From the NCBI GenBank assembly GCA_045648605.1, contig JAZROG010000056.1, forward strand, positions 2,392 to 66,391: a stretch of DNA of 64,000 nucleotides, in the 5' to 3' direction. Below are positions 29,422 through 39,774 of this stretch, in pieces; the stretch's first letter is position 1; each line of letters begins with the position of its first letter. Both the position numbers and the translations under genes were made by a program. A model generated the notes under the pieces. The model was given only the letters and a program-made list of their open reading frames with translations. It was not told the DNA's origin and searched no databases. This stretch comes from Eubacteriales bacterium. GTDB taxonomy: Bacteria > Bacillota > Clostridia > Oscillospirales > CAG-272.

Positions 29422-30393
29422 ATGTCTGCAAACAACTATTTTCCCGAGGGAATGAGGCTCGGAAGCGCCGAAAACAGAGAATATATTTCATCGCTTCAAG
29501 GTCTTGAAAAGGCTTATATGCAAGGAAAGATACTTGAATCCACCGCAATTATATGCGATAGGGACATGAATTTACACGTAGATCTTTACGGAATTGAGGG
29601 TATCATCGAAAAAAACGAGGCATTACTTACAAAAGACGGCGAGGTGATAAAGGACATTGCCATAATAACGAGAGTCGGAAAGCCTGTTTGCTTTAAAATT
29701 ATTTCAATCGACAAAAGCGGAATTCGTCCAAAAGCTTATCTTTCAAGACGCGCAGCGCAGCTTGAATGTGCCGAAAGCTATCTTTCCGATCTTATCTGCG
29801 GCGACATTATCAAGGCTAAGGTCACGCACCTTGAAAGCTTCGGAGCTTTCGTGGATATTGGATGCGGTATTCCTTCCCTTCTCTCGGTTGACTGCATTTC
29901 GGTTTCAAGGATATCACACCCATCCGACAGACTTTCATGCGGTGATATAATTGATGTTGTTGTCAAGATGATTGACGAGGAAAACAAGAGAATTTTTGTT
30001 TCAAGACGTGAGCTTCTTGGAACATGGGAGGAAAATGCGGCACTTTTCAGCCCCGGTCAGACGGTTGCAGGAATAGTCAGGAGCATAGAAAGCTATGGCA
30101 TTTTTGTTGAGCTTGCGCCTAATCTTGCGGGACTTGCTGAATTTCGTGATGAAAGGCTCGGTTGCTCTGTAACGGTTGGTCAAAGCGCGGCTGTCTATAT
30201 AAAGAGCATAATCCCCGAAAGAATGAAGGTCAAGCTTGTACTTATAGATTCCTGCAAGGGTGAACAAGCACCGCAAAGATGCGCTCCCGAAAGAGTTTTC
30301 ATCGACACCGAAAGGGTCAAGCACATTGATTACTGGAAATACTCTCCCGATGGTGCATCGAAGGTTATTGAAACCTTTTTTGAAAGCTGTTAA
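29422..30393 (+). CDS. S1 RNA-binding domain-containing protein
   Basis: ATG 29422 follows ACGGAGGAG. It has repeated S1 OB-fold units (GDIIKAKVTHLESFGAFVDIG, GQTVAGIVRSIESYGIFVELA). Confidence 0.8.
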   Translation: MSANNYFPEGMRLGSAENREYISSLQGLEKAYMQGKILESTAIICDRDMNLHVDLYGIEGIIEKNEALLTKDGEVIKDIAIITRVGKPVCFKIISIDKSGIRPKAYLSRRAAQLECAESYLSDLICGDIIKAKVTHLESFGAFVDIGCGIPSLLSVDCISVSRISHPSDRLSCGDIIDVVVKMIDEENKRIFVSRRELLGTWEENAALFSPGQTVAGIVRSIESYGIFVELAPNLAGLAEFRDERLGCSVTVGQSAAVYIKSIIPERMKVKLVLIDSCKGEQAPQRCAPERVFIDTERVKHIDYWKYSPDGASKVIETFFESC

Positions 30394-30397
30394 AATG

Positions 30398-30431
30398 AAA
30401 CGAGCCGATTCAATAAAATCGGCTCGTTTTT
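30398..30431 (+). terminator. Terminator of the S1-domain gene
   Basis: AAACGAGCCGATT caataa AATCGGCTCGTTT followed by TT. A 13-bp stem. Confidence 0.75.
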
Positions 30432-30447
30432 ATACTTATAAAGAACA

Positions 30448-30477
30448 AAAGCTCCGACCCTAAAGGATCGGAGCTTT
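30448..30477 (-). terminator. Terminator of tsf
   Basis: The minus strand reads AAAGCTCCGATCC ttta GGGTCGGAGCTTTTGTTCTTT, with one internal mismatch. Confidence 0.65.
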
Positions 30478-30489
30478 AATTAATTCAAA

Positions 30490-31425
30490 TTATTTCTTAC
30501 CTGTGAGCTGTGCGATCTCTTCTGCGAAGTTATCTTCTCTCTTTTCGATACCCTCGCCCTTTTCGAAGATGTAGAACGCCTTAACAGCGATGTCAGCACC
30601 GATAGACTTAGCGCAAGAAGCAACATACTTGCCAACGCTCATGCTATCGTCCTTAACATAGGGCTGCTCAAGGAGACAAACTCTCTCAAAGAAGAGCTTA
30701 CCAAGCTTACCTTCGATGATCTTTGCAAGAACTGCATCGGGCTTGTTTGCAAGCTTCTCATCGTTCTTTGCTGCTGCGATCTGGATAGCCATTTCCTCGT
30801 CGATTGCGCTCTGAGGAACATCAGCCTTTGCAACATATGCAGGGGGATTACCTGCAGCGATCTGAAGAGCAACGTTCTTTGCGCACTCAACGAATTCAGC
30901 CTTCTCAGCTACTGCATCGTCTGCATCGAATACAACTACAACGCCTGTGTTACCTGCGCCGTGAATATATGTGCTCATAATGCCCTCTGCGAGAACGAAG
31001 CGGCGGATGCTGATCTTCTCACCGATCATTGCGATCTTCTCAACAAGTGCATCTGCAACAGTTACATCGCTACCATCGAACTTGCAAGCATTGAAAGCCT
31101 CGAGATCTGCGGGCTTTGCAGCGAGAAGAGTTCTGAGAAGTCCCTTAACGAACTCCTGGAATGTTGCATTCTTTGCAACGAAGTCTGTCTCTGCATTAAC
31201 CTCGATCATAGCGGCATTCTTGCCCTCTACCATGATATCAACAACGCCCTCAGCGGCGATTCTGCTTTCCTTCTTTGCAGCGGTTGCGAGACCCTTTTCA
31301 CGAAGGATCTTTACAGCTGCCTCAACGTCACCGTCAGCCTCAACAAGTGCCTTCTTGCAGTCCATCATACCAAGACCGGTCTTTGCACGGAGAGCTGCAA
31401 CGTCTTTTGCTGTGATCTGTGCCAT
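30490..31425 (-). CDS. tsf: Translation elongation factor Ts
   Basis: MAQITAKDVAALRAKTGLGMMDCKKALVEADGDVEAAVKILREKG is the canonical EF-Ts UBA N-terminus. Confidence 0.95.
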   Translation of the reverse strand: MAQITAKDVAALRAKTGLGMMDCKKALVEADGDVEAAVKILREKGLATAAKKESRIAAEGVVDIMVEGKNAAMIEVNAETDFVAKNATFQEFVKGLLRTLLAAKPADLEAFNACKFDGSDVTVADALVEKIAMIGEKISIRRFVLAEGIMSTYIHGAGNTGVVVVFDADDAVAEKAEFVECAKNVALQIAAGNPPAYVAKADVPQSAIDEEMAIQIAAAKNDEKLANKPDAVLAKIIEGKLGKLFFERVCLLEQPYVKDDSMSVGKYVASCAKSIGADIAVKAFYIFEKGEGIEKREDNFAEEIAQLTGKK

Positions 31426-31474
31426 TTAATTTTCCTCCAATATTTATAATTGAGTAATTTTTACAGTTTAAAAA

Positions 31475-32230
31475 TTATTCAGCGTCCTCAGCTGCTTCCT
31501 TTTCTTCTACAGCAGCCTCAATGTCAGCCTCTTCTGTTGCCATTTCCTCGCCCTGCTTGCCTTCGATAACAGCATCTGCAAGTACAGAGGAGATAAGCTT
31601 GATAGCGCGGATAGCGTCATCATTACCGGGAATTACATAGTCAGCGTCGTCAGGATCGCAGTTTGTATCAACGATAGCAACAACGGGAATACCGAGCTTC
31701 TTTGCTTCGAGAATTGCATTCTTCTCTTTTCTGGGGTCAACTACGAAAATTGCGCTGGGGAGCTGCTCCATTGTCTTGATACCGCCGTAGCTCTTCTCAA
31801 GATCGAACATTTCCTTCTGCATTCCTGCAACTTCCTTCTTGGGAAGAAGATCGAATGTTCCGTCTTCCTGCATCTTTTCGAGGCTGTTAAGACGAGCGAT
31901 GGACTTCTTGATTGTCTTGAAGTTTGTCATCATACCGCCGGGCCAACGAACGTTTACATAGTACATACCGCATCTAACAGCCTCTTCCTTGATAGCTTCT
32001 GCGGCCTGCTTCTTTGTACCTACGAAGAGAACTGTGCCGTTCTGAGCGGCGATGTCTCTGATGAACATGTAAGCTTCTTCAAACTTCTTAACAGTTTTTT
32101 GAAGGTCGATGATGTAGATACCGTGTCTTTCTGTGAAGATGTATTCAGCCATCTTAGGGTTCCATCTTCTTGTGTGATGTCCAAAATGGACGCCAGCTTC
32201 GAGGAGCTGCTTAATTGAGATTACAGACAT
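31475..32230 (-). CDS. rpsB: 30S ribosomal protein S2
   Basis: [30 protein letters not shown] 32230 follows AAGGAGG. The track ORF extends 18 codons upstream into the leader. Confidence 0.95.
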   Translation of the reverse strand: MSVISIKQLLEAGVHFGHHTRRWNPKMAEYIFTERHGIYIIDLQKTVKKFEEAYMFIRDIAAQNGTVLFVGTKKQAAEAIKEEAVRCGMYYVNVRWPGGMMTNFKTIKKSIARLNSLEKMQEDGTFDLLPKKEVAGMQKEMFDLEKSYGGIKTMEQLPSAIFVVDPRKEKNAILEAKKLGIPVVAIVDTNCDPDDADYVIPGNDDAIRAIKLISSVLADAVIEGKQGEEMATEEADIEAAVEEKEAAEDAE

Positions 32231-32358
32231 TTTAATGTCCTCCTTCGGTTTTTTCCACCACAGAGGCACCTCGCCAAAAGCCATAGGGCACCGACAGCGG
32301 TCAAGCTCTCTGTGTGTGTATTATTTATTTTGCGTCACAAATGTGCGCAATACAAGAT

Positions 32359-32387
32359 ATTTTAACATTATCATGAACGTTTGTCAA
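32359..32387 (-). promoter_or_regulatory. Sigma-A type promoter of rpsB-tsf
   Basis: The minus strand reads TTGACA (32387-82), a 17-nt spacer, then TGT-TAAAAT (extended -10, 32364-59). It leaves a leader of about 120 nt. Confidence 0.6.
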
Positions 32388-32427
32388 CAGGAAAGAGAAA
32401 TATTTACATTTTTTTAACATTTTTTCT

Positions 32428-32721
32428 TTAAAAAAATCGTATTTTCTTTTTTTCGTGCTCCCCTGAGCATCCCTTACATTCATTTTCGTTTATTCTTACG
32501 AGCACGGCATCCTCTCCGATACATTCCACCTTTTCCCAAGGAATTATAAGTATTTCGCATTTACCAAACGAAAAAACACCGCAGCATTTCGGCACAACAA
32601 GTGCGCATATTCTTCCCTCCTCGGGCGAAAATCTGATATCGCACACATATCCAAGGTCTTTTCCGTCACACAAATTGATAACGCTCTTCTCACTGAGTGA
32701 CTCAAGATCGCATATTGCCAT
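32428..32721 (-). CDS. ylmC: YlmC/YmxH family sporulation protein (PRC-barrel)
   Basis: MAICDLESLSEKSVINLCDGKDLGYVCDIRF...GRICALVVP. ATG 32721 follows GGAGGTG. Confidence 0.8.
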   Translation of the reverse strand: MAICDLESLSEKSVINLCDGKDLGYVCDIRFSPEEGRICALVVPKCCGVFSFGKCEILIIPWEKVECIGEDAVLVRINENECKGCSGEHEKKKIRFF

Positions 32722-32761
32722 AAAAAAACACCTCCATACAAACATTATATGAAGGTATTTT

Positions 32762-35461
32762 TTATATGTACCTATCGGTAACAAGTAAAATTACATAACC
32801 GATAACCGAAATGAGCACCGAAGCCGAGCATATCTGCCAACCGGGATAGCTTACACCAAGGCATGTACCAATGGCGGGGAATAAAATTGCAAGAGCGATA
32901 AGCGAAGCCACCAGAAGGAACATCACTGAAATAAAGATCTTTTTGAAGCGCCCCTCCTCTTGTCTTGCGATTATGAAAAGCGCAAATATCTGTGAAAGAG
33001 CCGCAGAAGCGAAGGCAAATGTTGAAAGATGCTCGCCCAAAACAGTTCCCGTTGAGCCGAAAACCGCCGCAAGCATAAGCATAACAGCGCCGAGCGCGGC
33101 ACCGGATATAAGATATTTAATCAGTTTTTTGAAGGGAGAGGAAACAATGGTCTCAACATCCTCTATCCTGTCTCCAAGATGTCCCGTATGAGCCCCAAGC
33201 GCAAGGCATATCATTGCAGGAATATCAACAAGCGCAAAAAGGAACATTATCTGCACGGCACTTAAGATGATCTTACCCGCAAAGATAGGAAGAAGAGTCA
33301 ATGCAAGCCTCATGGAAGCCGAAAAGGCAAGATATCTTAAAAATCTGCCAAGTCCGACGCAGGCACTCTTCGACTGAATGATCGCCATGCAAAATGCTTC
33401 AAATCCACCGCTCACCTTTCTTGCAAACGGAACAAGAATATCCGCATTTTTTCGCATTATCTCCGAGCTTTCCCTTATGGTGTCGAGAGCCGTTCGTTTT
33501 TCATATGTATCCGAGGTGGCAACCGCAATATTTGCACGGTTAAGAAGAGAGAGATGATCTGTTTCGGATGCAATTACGGCAAGTGTTCCGTCCTCGCCTC
33601 TGATAAGCTTTACAAGCTCCTCAAGCTCTCGCTCGCCAAAGCCAAGATATGCCCTATACTGTCCGAAATCCGCAGATATCTTCTTGCCGCTTCTTCTGAA
33701 TGCGGAGGCATAAGCAATCTCACGCTTACTCTTGACAGCGCCGATATTAAAGGCATTAATGACCGACTCTGCACACTCCTCGGAAGCATAATAAAGGGTA
33801 ATATCAGACTCGCGCATCTCTTCTATTCTTTCTGCAACAGTTTCACCGTATGGGTCCGAATACACAACATATCCCTCGAGAATAAGCTGATTCTGGACAA
33901 GTCCCAGCCTTTCGAGCCTTGCAATGGGACTTATTCTTGAAGCCACAAGAGTGACGCTCTTTGATTTTTTTGAAAGCTGTGTACAAGCTCTGATAATATC
34001 TGATTTTTTATCCTCATCAAGCGCAATAGCGCCATCGGGAGTTCTTATATAATCGCAAAGCGCAAGCAGAGACGCATTATCCGAGGTACAGATAACTCTG
34101 TATTCCTCGCCGTCGCTTATAAGGGTGGTATCATATCCCGAAACGCCTGCGGGAGAAAACTCAACTCTCCTGTATCTTTCCTCCAGCACGCTTCTGCTGA
34201 TACCGCAACCTTCGGCAAATCTTGCAATGGCTGCGGCGCAAAGTATCTCATTATCCGATCCTGCAAAAATGCTTCCAAGACCGGAATCAAGATAATGGGA
34301 TGTTCCGAGAACTGCAAGATCCATAAAGCAATTCAGAACCTGATTTCCTTCGCCCGATAAGCTCTTTCCGTCATAAAAATTATTGGATGCAAAAATGCTT
34401 TCAACGCTTTTATTGCTGTCACAAAGAGCATCATTGCCCACTACAAGCACGGAATCAATATAATTAAGCTCCTGAACCGCAGATGGAAATTTTATCTGCG
34501 TGCCTCTTTCCCTCATCTCGCTTTTTTTCATTGCCGCGGCGGGGAAAATATATGTAAGAGCGCCGATGAGCTCGCTTCCGAGGCTCACGGTGAGTGCAAG
34601 CATCGTAAGTATAACATCAAAAAGTCCAAGCTCGCTTTTACCTGTCAACATCGCAATTATAACAAAAGGAACAGCAGCGATAAGAAGAGCGAGATTTACC
34701 CTGCCAAGCACCTTTGAAAGCGAATGAAGAAGCTTTATCTCTTTTTTTCTTTCGGGAACTATATCAAGCTCGCCCGCAAGAAGAGAAAGGAATGTTTTTC
34801 TTCCCGTTCTTACGGCAATCGCCCTGCCGCTTCCAGAAACGATAACAGCCGATGCCACAAGCATATTTTTCTGCTCCGAAACATTGGGCTTGTTTTCGGG
34901 ACGGCAAATAAACTCCGCATACTTTTCATTAAGTCCTCTTTTTTCTTTACCTGCTATCTTGCCGAGAAATTCCACGGCACGCATTTCAGAGGAGCTGACA
35001 AGTCTGCAATCACACGGAACGATATCTCCCTTACCGAGAAGAATAATATCCCCGCTTACAACGAGGTCATGGTCGATGACATATACTCTTCCGCCTCTTA
35101 TTACCTTTGTTCTTGGGTATGAAAGCTCCGCTCCCGATTCAAAATGTCTTTTTGAGAGAATGTAACCAACAGATGAAGCGGCAAAAGCCACAAGCGAAAG
35201 CACAAGTGCAACGCCTGCGCGCTTGCCATCGTCAAGAAAAGCACTGATAAGCGCGGCAACAACAAAGAGTATCACCGTTATATCCGTAGCTATCCTTGTT
35301 ATATGCTGAAGGAGAGAATCGCGTGCACTGCTATATACCGAGCCGCCCTCGCCCCTTCTTCTTCTCCGCTCTGCTTCCTTAAGGTCAAGACCCGAAGAAG
35401 CATTGGTCTTCAGAATTTTTTCTATTTCGGAAATTGATAATGAATACCATCTCTCATTCAT
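32762..35461 (-). CDS. P-type ATPase homologue lacking the catalytic signature motifs (probable pseudo-enzyme)
   Basis: 899 aa with a Cation_ATPase_N-like start (WYSLSISEIEKILKTNASSGLDLKEAERRRR) and TM bundles at both ends. By-eye alignment gives VVGNDAL for SDKTGTL, GSEL for PEGL, LGKIAGKE for LTGES and IASETDHLSLL for TGDGVNDAPAL. Confidence 0.7.
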   Translation of the reverse strand: MNERWYSLSISEIEKILKTNASSGLDLKEAERRRRRGEGGSVYSSARDSLLQHITRIATDITVILFVVAALISAFLDDGKRAGVALVLSLVAFAASSVGYILSKRHFESGAELSYPRTKVIRGGRVYVIDHDLVVSGDIILLGKGDIVPCDCRLVSSSEMRAVEFLGKIAGKEKRGLNEKYAEFICRPENKPNVSEQKNMLVASAVIVSGSGRAIAVRTGRKTFLSLLAGELDIVPERKKEIKLLHSLSKVLGRVNLALLIAAVPFVIIAMLTGKSELGLFDVILTMLALTVSLGSELIGALTYIFPAAAMKKSEMRERGTQIKFPSAVQELNYIDSVLVVGNDALCDSNKSVESIFASNNFYDGKSLSGEGNQVLNCFMDLAVLGTSHYLDSGLGSIFAGSDNEILCAAAIARFAEGCGISRSVLEERYRRVEFSPAGVSGYDTTLISDGEEYRVICTSDNASLLALCDYIRTPDGAIALDEDKKSDIIRACTQLSKKSKSVTLVASRISPIARLERLGLVQNQLILEGYVVYSDPYGETVAERIEEMRESDITLYYASEECAESVINAFNIGAVKSKREIAYASAFRRSGKKISADFGQYRAYLGFGERELEELVKLIRGEDGTLAVIASETDHLSLLNRANIAVATSDTYEKRTALDTIRESSEIMRKNADILVPFARKVSGGFEAFCMAIIQSKSACVGLGRFLRYLAFSASMRLALTLLPIFAGKIILSAVQIMFLFALVDIPAMICLALGAHTGHLGDRIEDVETIVSSPFKKLIKYLISGAALGAVMLMLAAVFGSTGTVLGEHLSTFAFASAALSQIFALFIIARQEEGRFKKIFISVMFLLVASLIALAILFPAIGTCLGVSYPGWQICSASVLISVIGYVILLVTDRYI

Positions 35462-35484
35462 GATCTCGACCTCCTTTCAAAAAG

Positions 35485-37770
35485 TCAGTTACCGCTTATT
35501 TTAAGCTCACCGTTCTCGGCAGAGATAACGAATTCTGCAAAGCTTCTGTTATAATCCGAGATTATAAGCTCTGCAAGCTTGTCTTCTATCTCCGTCTGTA
35601 TAAATCTTCTCATATTTCTCGCACCGAATTTTGCGGAATATGACTTCTCCGCAATAAGAGAAAGCGCAGCATCATCGCAAAGAAGCTTTATATCCTTTTC
35701 CGCAAGAACGGCTGAAAGCTCGCCTATCATTATCCTTGCAATGCTTGCAAAATCCTTTTTATCAAGAGAGCGGAATGTAATGATTTCATCAACTCTGTTG
35801 ATAAATTCGGGACGCAGGAAGCCCCCAAGCGCCTTTTCGGTCTTTGCCTCCGCAACCTCGGCGGAGCTTGCCGAAAATCCCGCTGATGAAGTGTTTCTGT
35901 CTGAGCCTGCATTGGTTGTCATAACTATGACAGTATTCTCAAAATTGACGGTCTTACCGTGTGCATCGGTAATTCTTCCGTCGTCAAGTATCTGAAGAAG
36001 AATATTCAGCACATCGGGATGAGCCTTTTCGAGTTCGTCAAAAAGGACAACGGAATAAGGCTTGCGCCTTATCTTTTCGGTAAGCTGTCCTGCCTCGTCA
36101 TAGCCAACATATCCGGGAGGCGCTCCGATTATTCTTGAAACGGAGTGCTTCTCCATAAATTCAGACATATCAAGCCTGATAAGAGTTTCGGGAGAATTGA
36201 AAAGATCGGAGGCAAGAGTTTTAACAAGTTCTGTCTTTCCAACACCCGTAGGCCCTGCAAAAATGAAGGACACAGGCTTCTTTTTATAGGAAATTCCCGC
36301 TCTTGAGCGCTTTATCGCCCTCGCAACGGCAGAAACCGCCTTATCCTGACCGATTATACGAGCCTTGAGGCGGTCTTCAAGCTTGTCTATCTTCTCAAAT
36401 TCGTTCTCGGTGATATTGGTTGCGGGAATTCCCGTCCATATCTCGATCACCTCCGCAAGATCCTCTGCGGTAAGAGTGACAGCCTTGCATTTAGGCTCGA
36501 TTTCGTGCAGTCTTTCGGAAAGTCGCATTTCCTCGGATTTATATTTTGCTATAAGCTCGTATTTCTTTGTTTCTGCCTCTGTGCCCTCGGCGTTTTCCGC
36601 CTCGCATTTTTCTCTTTGCTCCTTGACAGAAAGAAGCTTATCTCTTATCTCATAGCTTTCGTTTATCTCCGCAGTACCAAGGGAAAGATTTGCCGCCGCC
36701 TCATCAAGAAGGTCAATAGCTTTATCGGGAAGATATCTGTCGGTTATATATCTTTCGCTCATTCTAACAGCCTTATCAAGCACAGATGAGGGCACCTTTA
36801 TCATATGAAAATCCTCATAATAGTGCTTTATTCCCTCGAGCATTTTAATGCTCTCATCTATTGAAGGCTCATTTACATTTACAGGCTGGAAGCGCCTTTC
36901 GAGAGCAGAATCCTTTTCGATATATTTTCTGTATTCACGAAGGGTCGTTGCACCGATAACTCTGATCTCGCCTCTTGAAAGAGCAGGCTTCATAATATTG
37001 GCTGCATTCATGCTTCCCTCCGCATCACCTGAGCCGACAATGTTATGGACCTCGTCGATAACGAGAATGATATTTCCGGCTTCTCTGACCTCATTTAAAA
37101 GTCCCTGCATCCTCTGCTCAAACTGACCTCTGAACTGCGTTCCCGCAACAAGTGCTGTAAGGTCAACAAGATACACCTGATGATTTTTCAGCTTATAAGG
37201 AACGTCATTCGCGGCGATCTTCTGTGCAAGAGCCTCGGCGATTGCAGTTTTACCGACACCAGGCTCACCTATAAGACAGGGATTATTCTTCTGACGGCGG
37301 CAAAGGATCTGAATAACTCTGCTCAGCTCTCTTTCTCTGCCGATTATTCTGTCAAGCTCACCGCACTTTGCCTTTTCTGTTAGATTGCGGCAATAGGTAT
37401 CAAGAAATTTTCTCTTCTTTTCGCCCTGATTTTTAGCATTTTGCTGTTTTTTGGGAGGAACCTGACCGCTGACATTGCCTTGATTTCCCATGAGCTTGTG
37501 AAAATCAATGGCAGGTGCACCGCCATCGACATTTTCAAGGTCGAAATCCTCACTCTCCATGAGCTGAGTCATTCCCTCCTCCATCTCCTCAAGCTGCTCG
37601 GGGTCAAGTCCGAATTTACCAAGCACTCCGCCAAGCATATTGTCGATCGGAATACCGATCTCCTTGGCACATTTTATACAATATCCGCGGCTTTTGCTCT
37701 CACCGTTTTCATTCGTGGTGGCAAAAACCACAGCCATTCTCTTCTGACATCTGGAACAACGAGCTACCAT
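35485..37770 (-). CDS. clpE: ATP-dependent Clp protease ATP-binding subunit ClpE (N-terminal zinc ribbon, two AAA+ modules)
   Basis: CSRC-x22-CIKC (CX2CX22CX2C). Walker A motifs are [15 protein letters not shown] and [15 protein letters not shown]. The start is taken as ATG 37770. The TTG at 37803 lacks an SD. Confidence 0.85.
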   Translation of the reverse strand: MVARCSRCQKRMAVVFATTNENGESKSRGYCIKCAKEIGIPIDNMLGGVLGKFGLDPEQLEEMEEGMTQLMESEDFDLENVDGGAPAIDFHKLMGNQGNVSGQVPPKKQQNAKNQGEKKRKFLDTYCRNLTEKAKCGELDRIIGRERELSRVIQILCRRQKNNPCLIGEPGVGKTAIAEALAQKIAANDVPYKLKNHQVYLVDLTALVAGTQFRGQFEQRMQGLLNEVREAGNIILVIDEVHNIVGSGDAEGSMNAANIMKPALSRGEIRVIGATTLREYRKYIEKDSALERRFQPVNVNEPSIDESIKMLEGIKHYYEDFHMIKVPSSVLDKAVRMSERYITDRYLPDKAIDLLDEAAANLSLGTAEINESYEIRDKLLSVKEQREKCEAENAEGTEAETKKYELIAKYKSEEMRLSERLHEIEPKCKAVTLTAEDLAEVIEIWTGIPATNITENEFEKIDKLEDRLKARIIGQDKAVSAVARAIKRSRAGISYKKKPVSFIFAGPTGVGKTELVKTLASDLFNSPETLIRLDMSEFMEKHSVSRIIGAPPGYVGYDEAGQLTEKIRRKPYSVVLFDELEKAHPDVLNILLQILDDGRITDAHGKTVNFENTVIVMTTNAGSDRNTSSAGFSASSAEVAEAKTEKALGGFLRPEFINRVDEIITFRSLDKKDFASIARIMIGELSAVLAEKDIKLLCDDAALSLIAEKSYSAKFGARNMRRFIQTEIEDKLAELIISDYNRSFAEFVISAENGELKISGN

Positions 37771-37774
37771 TTTT

Positions 37775-38500
37775 TTAAGAAATTCCTCCTTTGGCAAAAC
37801 CAAACATATAATTTTCGCTGATATATTTTACAATAAAGGTGTTGTCGATTACATTCTGACCGAGGATACCGGGCTTTACTATCTCGATTGCTTCAACGGC
37901 ATAGGTCATAAGATTCGAATATACCCACACAAGAAGCAGACCCGAAATGATACCGAACAGAAATCCCAAGCCCTTATCTATGCTTGAAAGCACGGGAAGC
38001 TTAAGGATAAGTCCCATTATCCAGATAACAAGAGTAAGGATGATAAGCGCGCTGATAAACAGGGTTGCAAAGGCGAGTGTATCGGAAATTCCGTGCACAA
38101 CTCTTGATGTAATGCTGCTTGCAAGGTCATTTATGCTTTCCTGCGCCGCATCCTCGACAGCACCGAAACGCTCCGCAAGCTTTTCGCCATCAGCACCGTA
38201 TCTGCCGAGAATTTCGGAAAATTCCGATGGCATATCGGCAAACAGCTTACTTAGATTAAATCCGTCTGTCGTTTTCTGAGAGAGTGCATTTATTCTCTCG
38301 GCAACATTTTTAGATATCATTTTTTCAACAAATCCGGTTCTGTAAAAATATGCAACCGTCGGCATAAAGATATATGCAACAACAAGTGCAAGAATAACCT
38401 TTATAAGTCCGAAAAATGATTTAAAAAATCCTTTTCTTCGGCATGAAATAACGGTTATCAAAAAAATTATCAAGGCGATAACGTCAAGTACGAAATACAT
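37775..38500 (-). CDS. cvpA: CvpA family membrane protein
   Basis: MYFVLDVIALIIFLITVISCRRKGFFKSFFGLI. There are 4-5 TM segments. ATG 38500 follows GGAGGAG. Confidence 0.75.
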   Translation of the reverse strand: MYFVLDVIALIIFLITVISCRRKGFFKSFFGLIKVILALVVAYIFMPTVAYFYRTGFVEKMISKNVAERINALSQKTTDGFNLSKLFADMPSEFSEILGRYGADGEKLAERFGAVEDAAQESINDLASSITSRVVHGISDTLAFATLFISALIILTLVIWIMGLILKLPVLSSIDKGLGFLFGIISGLLLVWVYSNLMTYAVEAIEIVKPGILGQNVIDNTFIVKYISENYMFGFAKGGIS

Positions 38501-38507
38501 ATCTATC

Positions 38508-39761
38508 TCACTCCTCCGAGAAATCGAAATATTCGGCATATGAGCCTGAGCATATCATAACATCATTTTTTGAATAGACTATCATGCTCTTTCCGCCAGC
38601 AGAGGTCTTTTTACTTTTTTTCACGATACCTTCTCTGTCTGTGGCGGTAAGAATATTGCCTGCAAGGGTAAATATGGTTCCTTCCTTATAATCAAGAAGG
38701 GTAATTTTTCCTTCGAAATCATTTTCAAGGATCACATTTCCCTCTGTGTCAAGAAGAATAATTCTGCTTCCTGTAGTAACCGCATTCTTCGGTATAGCGA
38801 TAAGTGCGCCCTCGTCCGTAAGCCTTGCCGCTTCAATATTTCCATTTGGCGCATAGCTGCCGAGAAGATTACCGTTTTCATCATAAAAATATAAAGCCTT
38901 ATCGCAAAACACCGTAAGATTTCCATCTGCTGTATATTCACAGGAAAGCGGAAAAACATCAACAAGAGACAATGTCGTTATTGGCTTATCCTCACCCGGC
39001 TTTGAAATCTTTATCTTTGTGACAAACGATGAATTCTCGGCATCAAATGACAAAATACAGATTCTGCTTCCATCATTGCTTATAGATACATCAATAACTC
39101 TGTCCTCGGAAAGATAACGATTCTTAAGCTTACAGTTTTTAGTATAGAGCATAACCGCAGAATTATATTCCTTGGTCTTTGTTACAAGGGCAAACATTCC
39201 CGAATCGGAAATATCCGCACCACTTATTCCATAATCGGTCTTTTCGGTATAAATTCTTGCAAAGGAATTATAAAGAGCAAAGGAATTTGCACCGAAATCA
39301 TAGAGAAGCAGATATCTGCTTGAATTTTCTATGTGAGGATTCGAAAATTTATCCTTTCCCTCAAATATCAGCGAGCCATCTCCCTCATAAATACGCAGTC
39401 CACCCGATGTGGCAATGGCAAGATTTCGTCTGAATCCCGAAAATGACAGTGTTGTATCGGGATTATAGGTGATATTGGCAAAATCAACATTTGAAGCATC
39501 GTGGACGCTCCCAAGATCCTTCATAAGAAACATCAGATTGTCATATGAAATGCTCTCGGGATTTCTCAGCGCCGCAATGAGCATAAAAACAACAAGAAAA
39601 ATAAGCAAAGCATAGCGAATGATGCTGTAAGTCCTTGCAACTCCGTCATAATAGGGATTTCCCGCATAGGATGCCTCCGACATTTCATCATCACTTATTC
39701 TTATCTCGTCTGCATCGGAATTCTGCTTCTTCATCTTTTCCCTATGATTTCTTTCTGCCAT
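38508..39761 (-). CDS. Hypothetical membrane-anchored protein with repeated beta-strand-rich (propeller-like) ectodomain, possibly DUF5711-type
   Basis: 417 aa with a charged N-terminus and one TM (YALLIFLVVFMLIAAL). Repetitive G/D/S-rich beta segments follow. No catalytic motif was seen. Confidence 0.55.
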   Translation of the reverse strand: MAERNHREKMKKQNSDADEIRISDDEMSEASYAGNPYYDGVARTYSIIRYALLIFLVVFMLIAALRNPESISYDNLMFLMKDLGSVHDASNVDFANITYNPDTTLSFSGFRRNLAIATSGGLRIYEGDGSLIFEGKDKFSNPHIENSSRYLLLYDFGANSFALYNSFARIYTEKTDYGISGADISDSGMFALVTKTKEYNSAVMLYTKNCKLKNRYLSEDRVIDVSISNDGSRICILSFDAENSSFVTKIKISKPGEDKPITTLSLVDVFPLSCEYTADGNLTVFCDKALYFYDENGNLLGSYAPNGNIEAARLTDEGALIAIPKNAVTTGSRIILLDTEGNVILENDFEGKITLLDYKEGTIFTLAGNILTATDREGIVKKSKKTSAGGKSMIVYSKNDVMICSGSYAEYFDFSEE

Positions 39762-39774
39762 GCCTATTCTCCTT

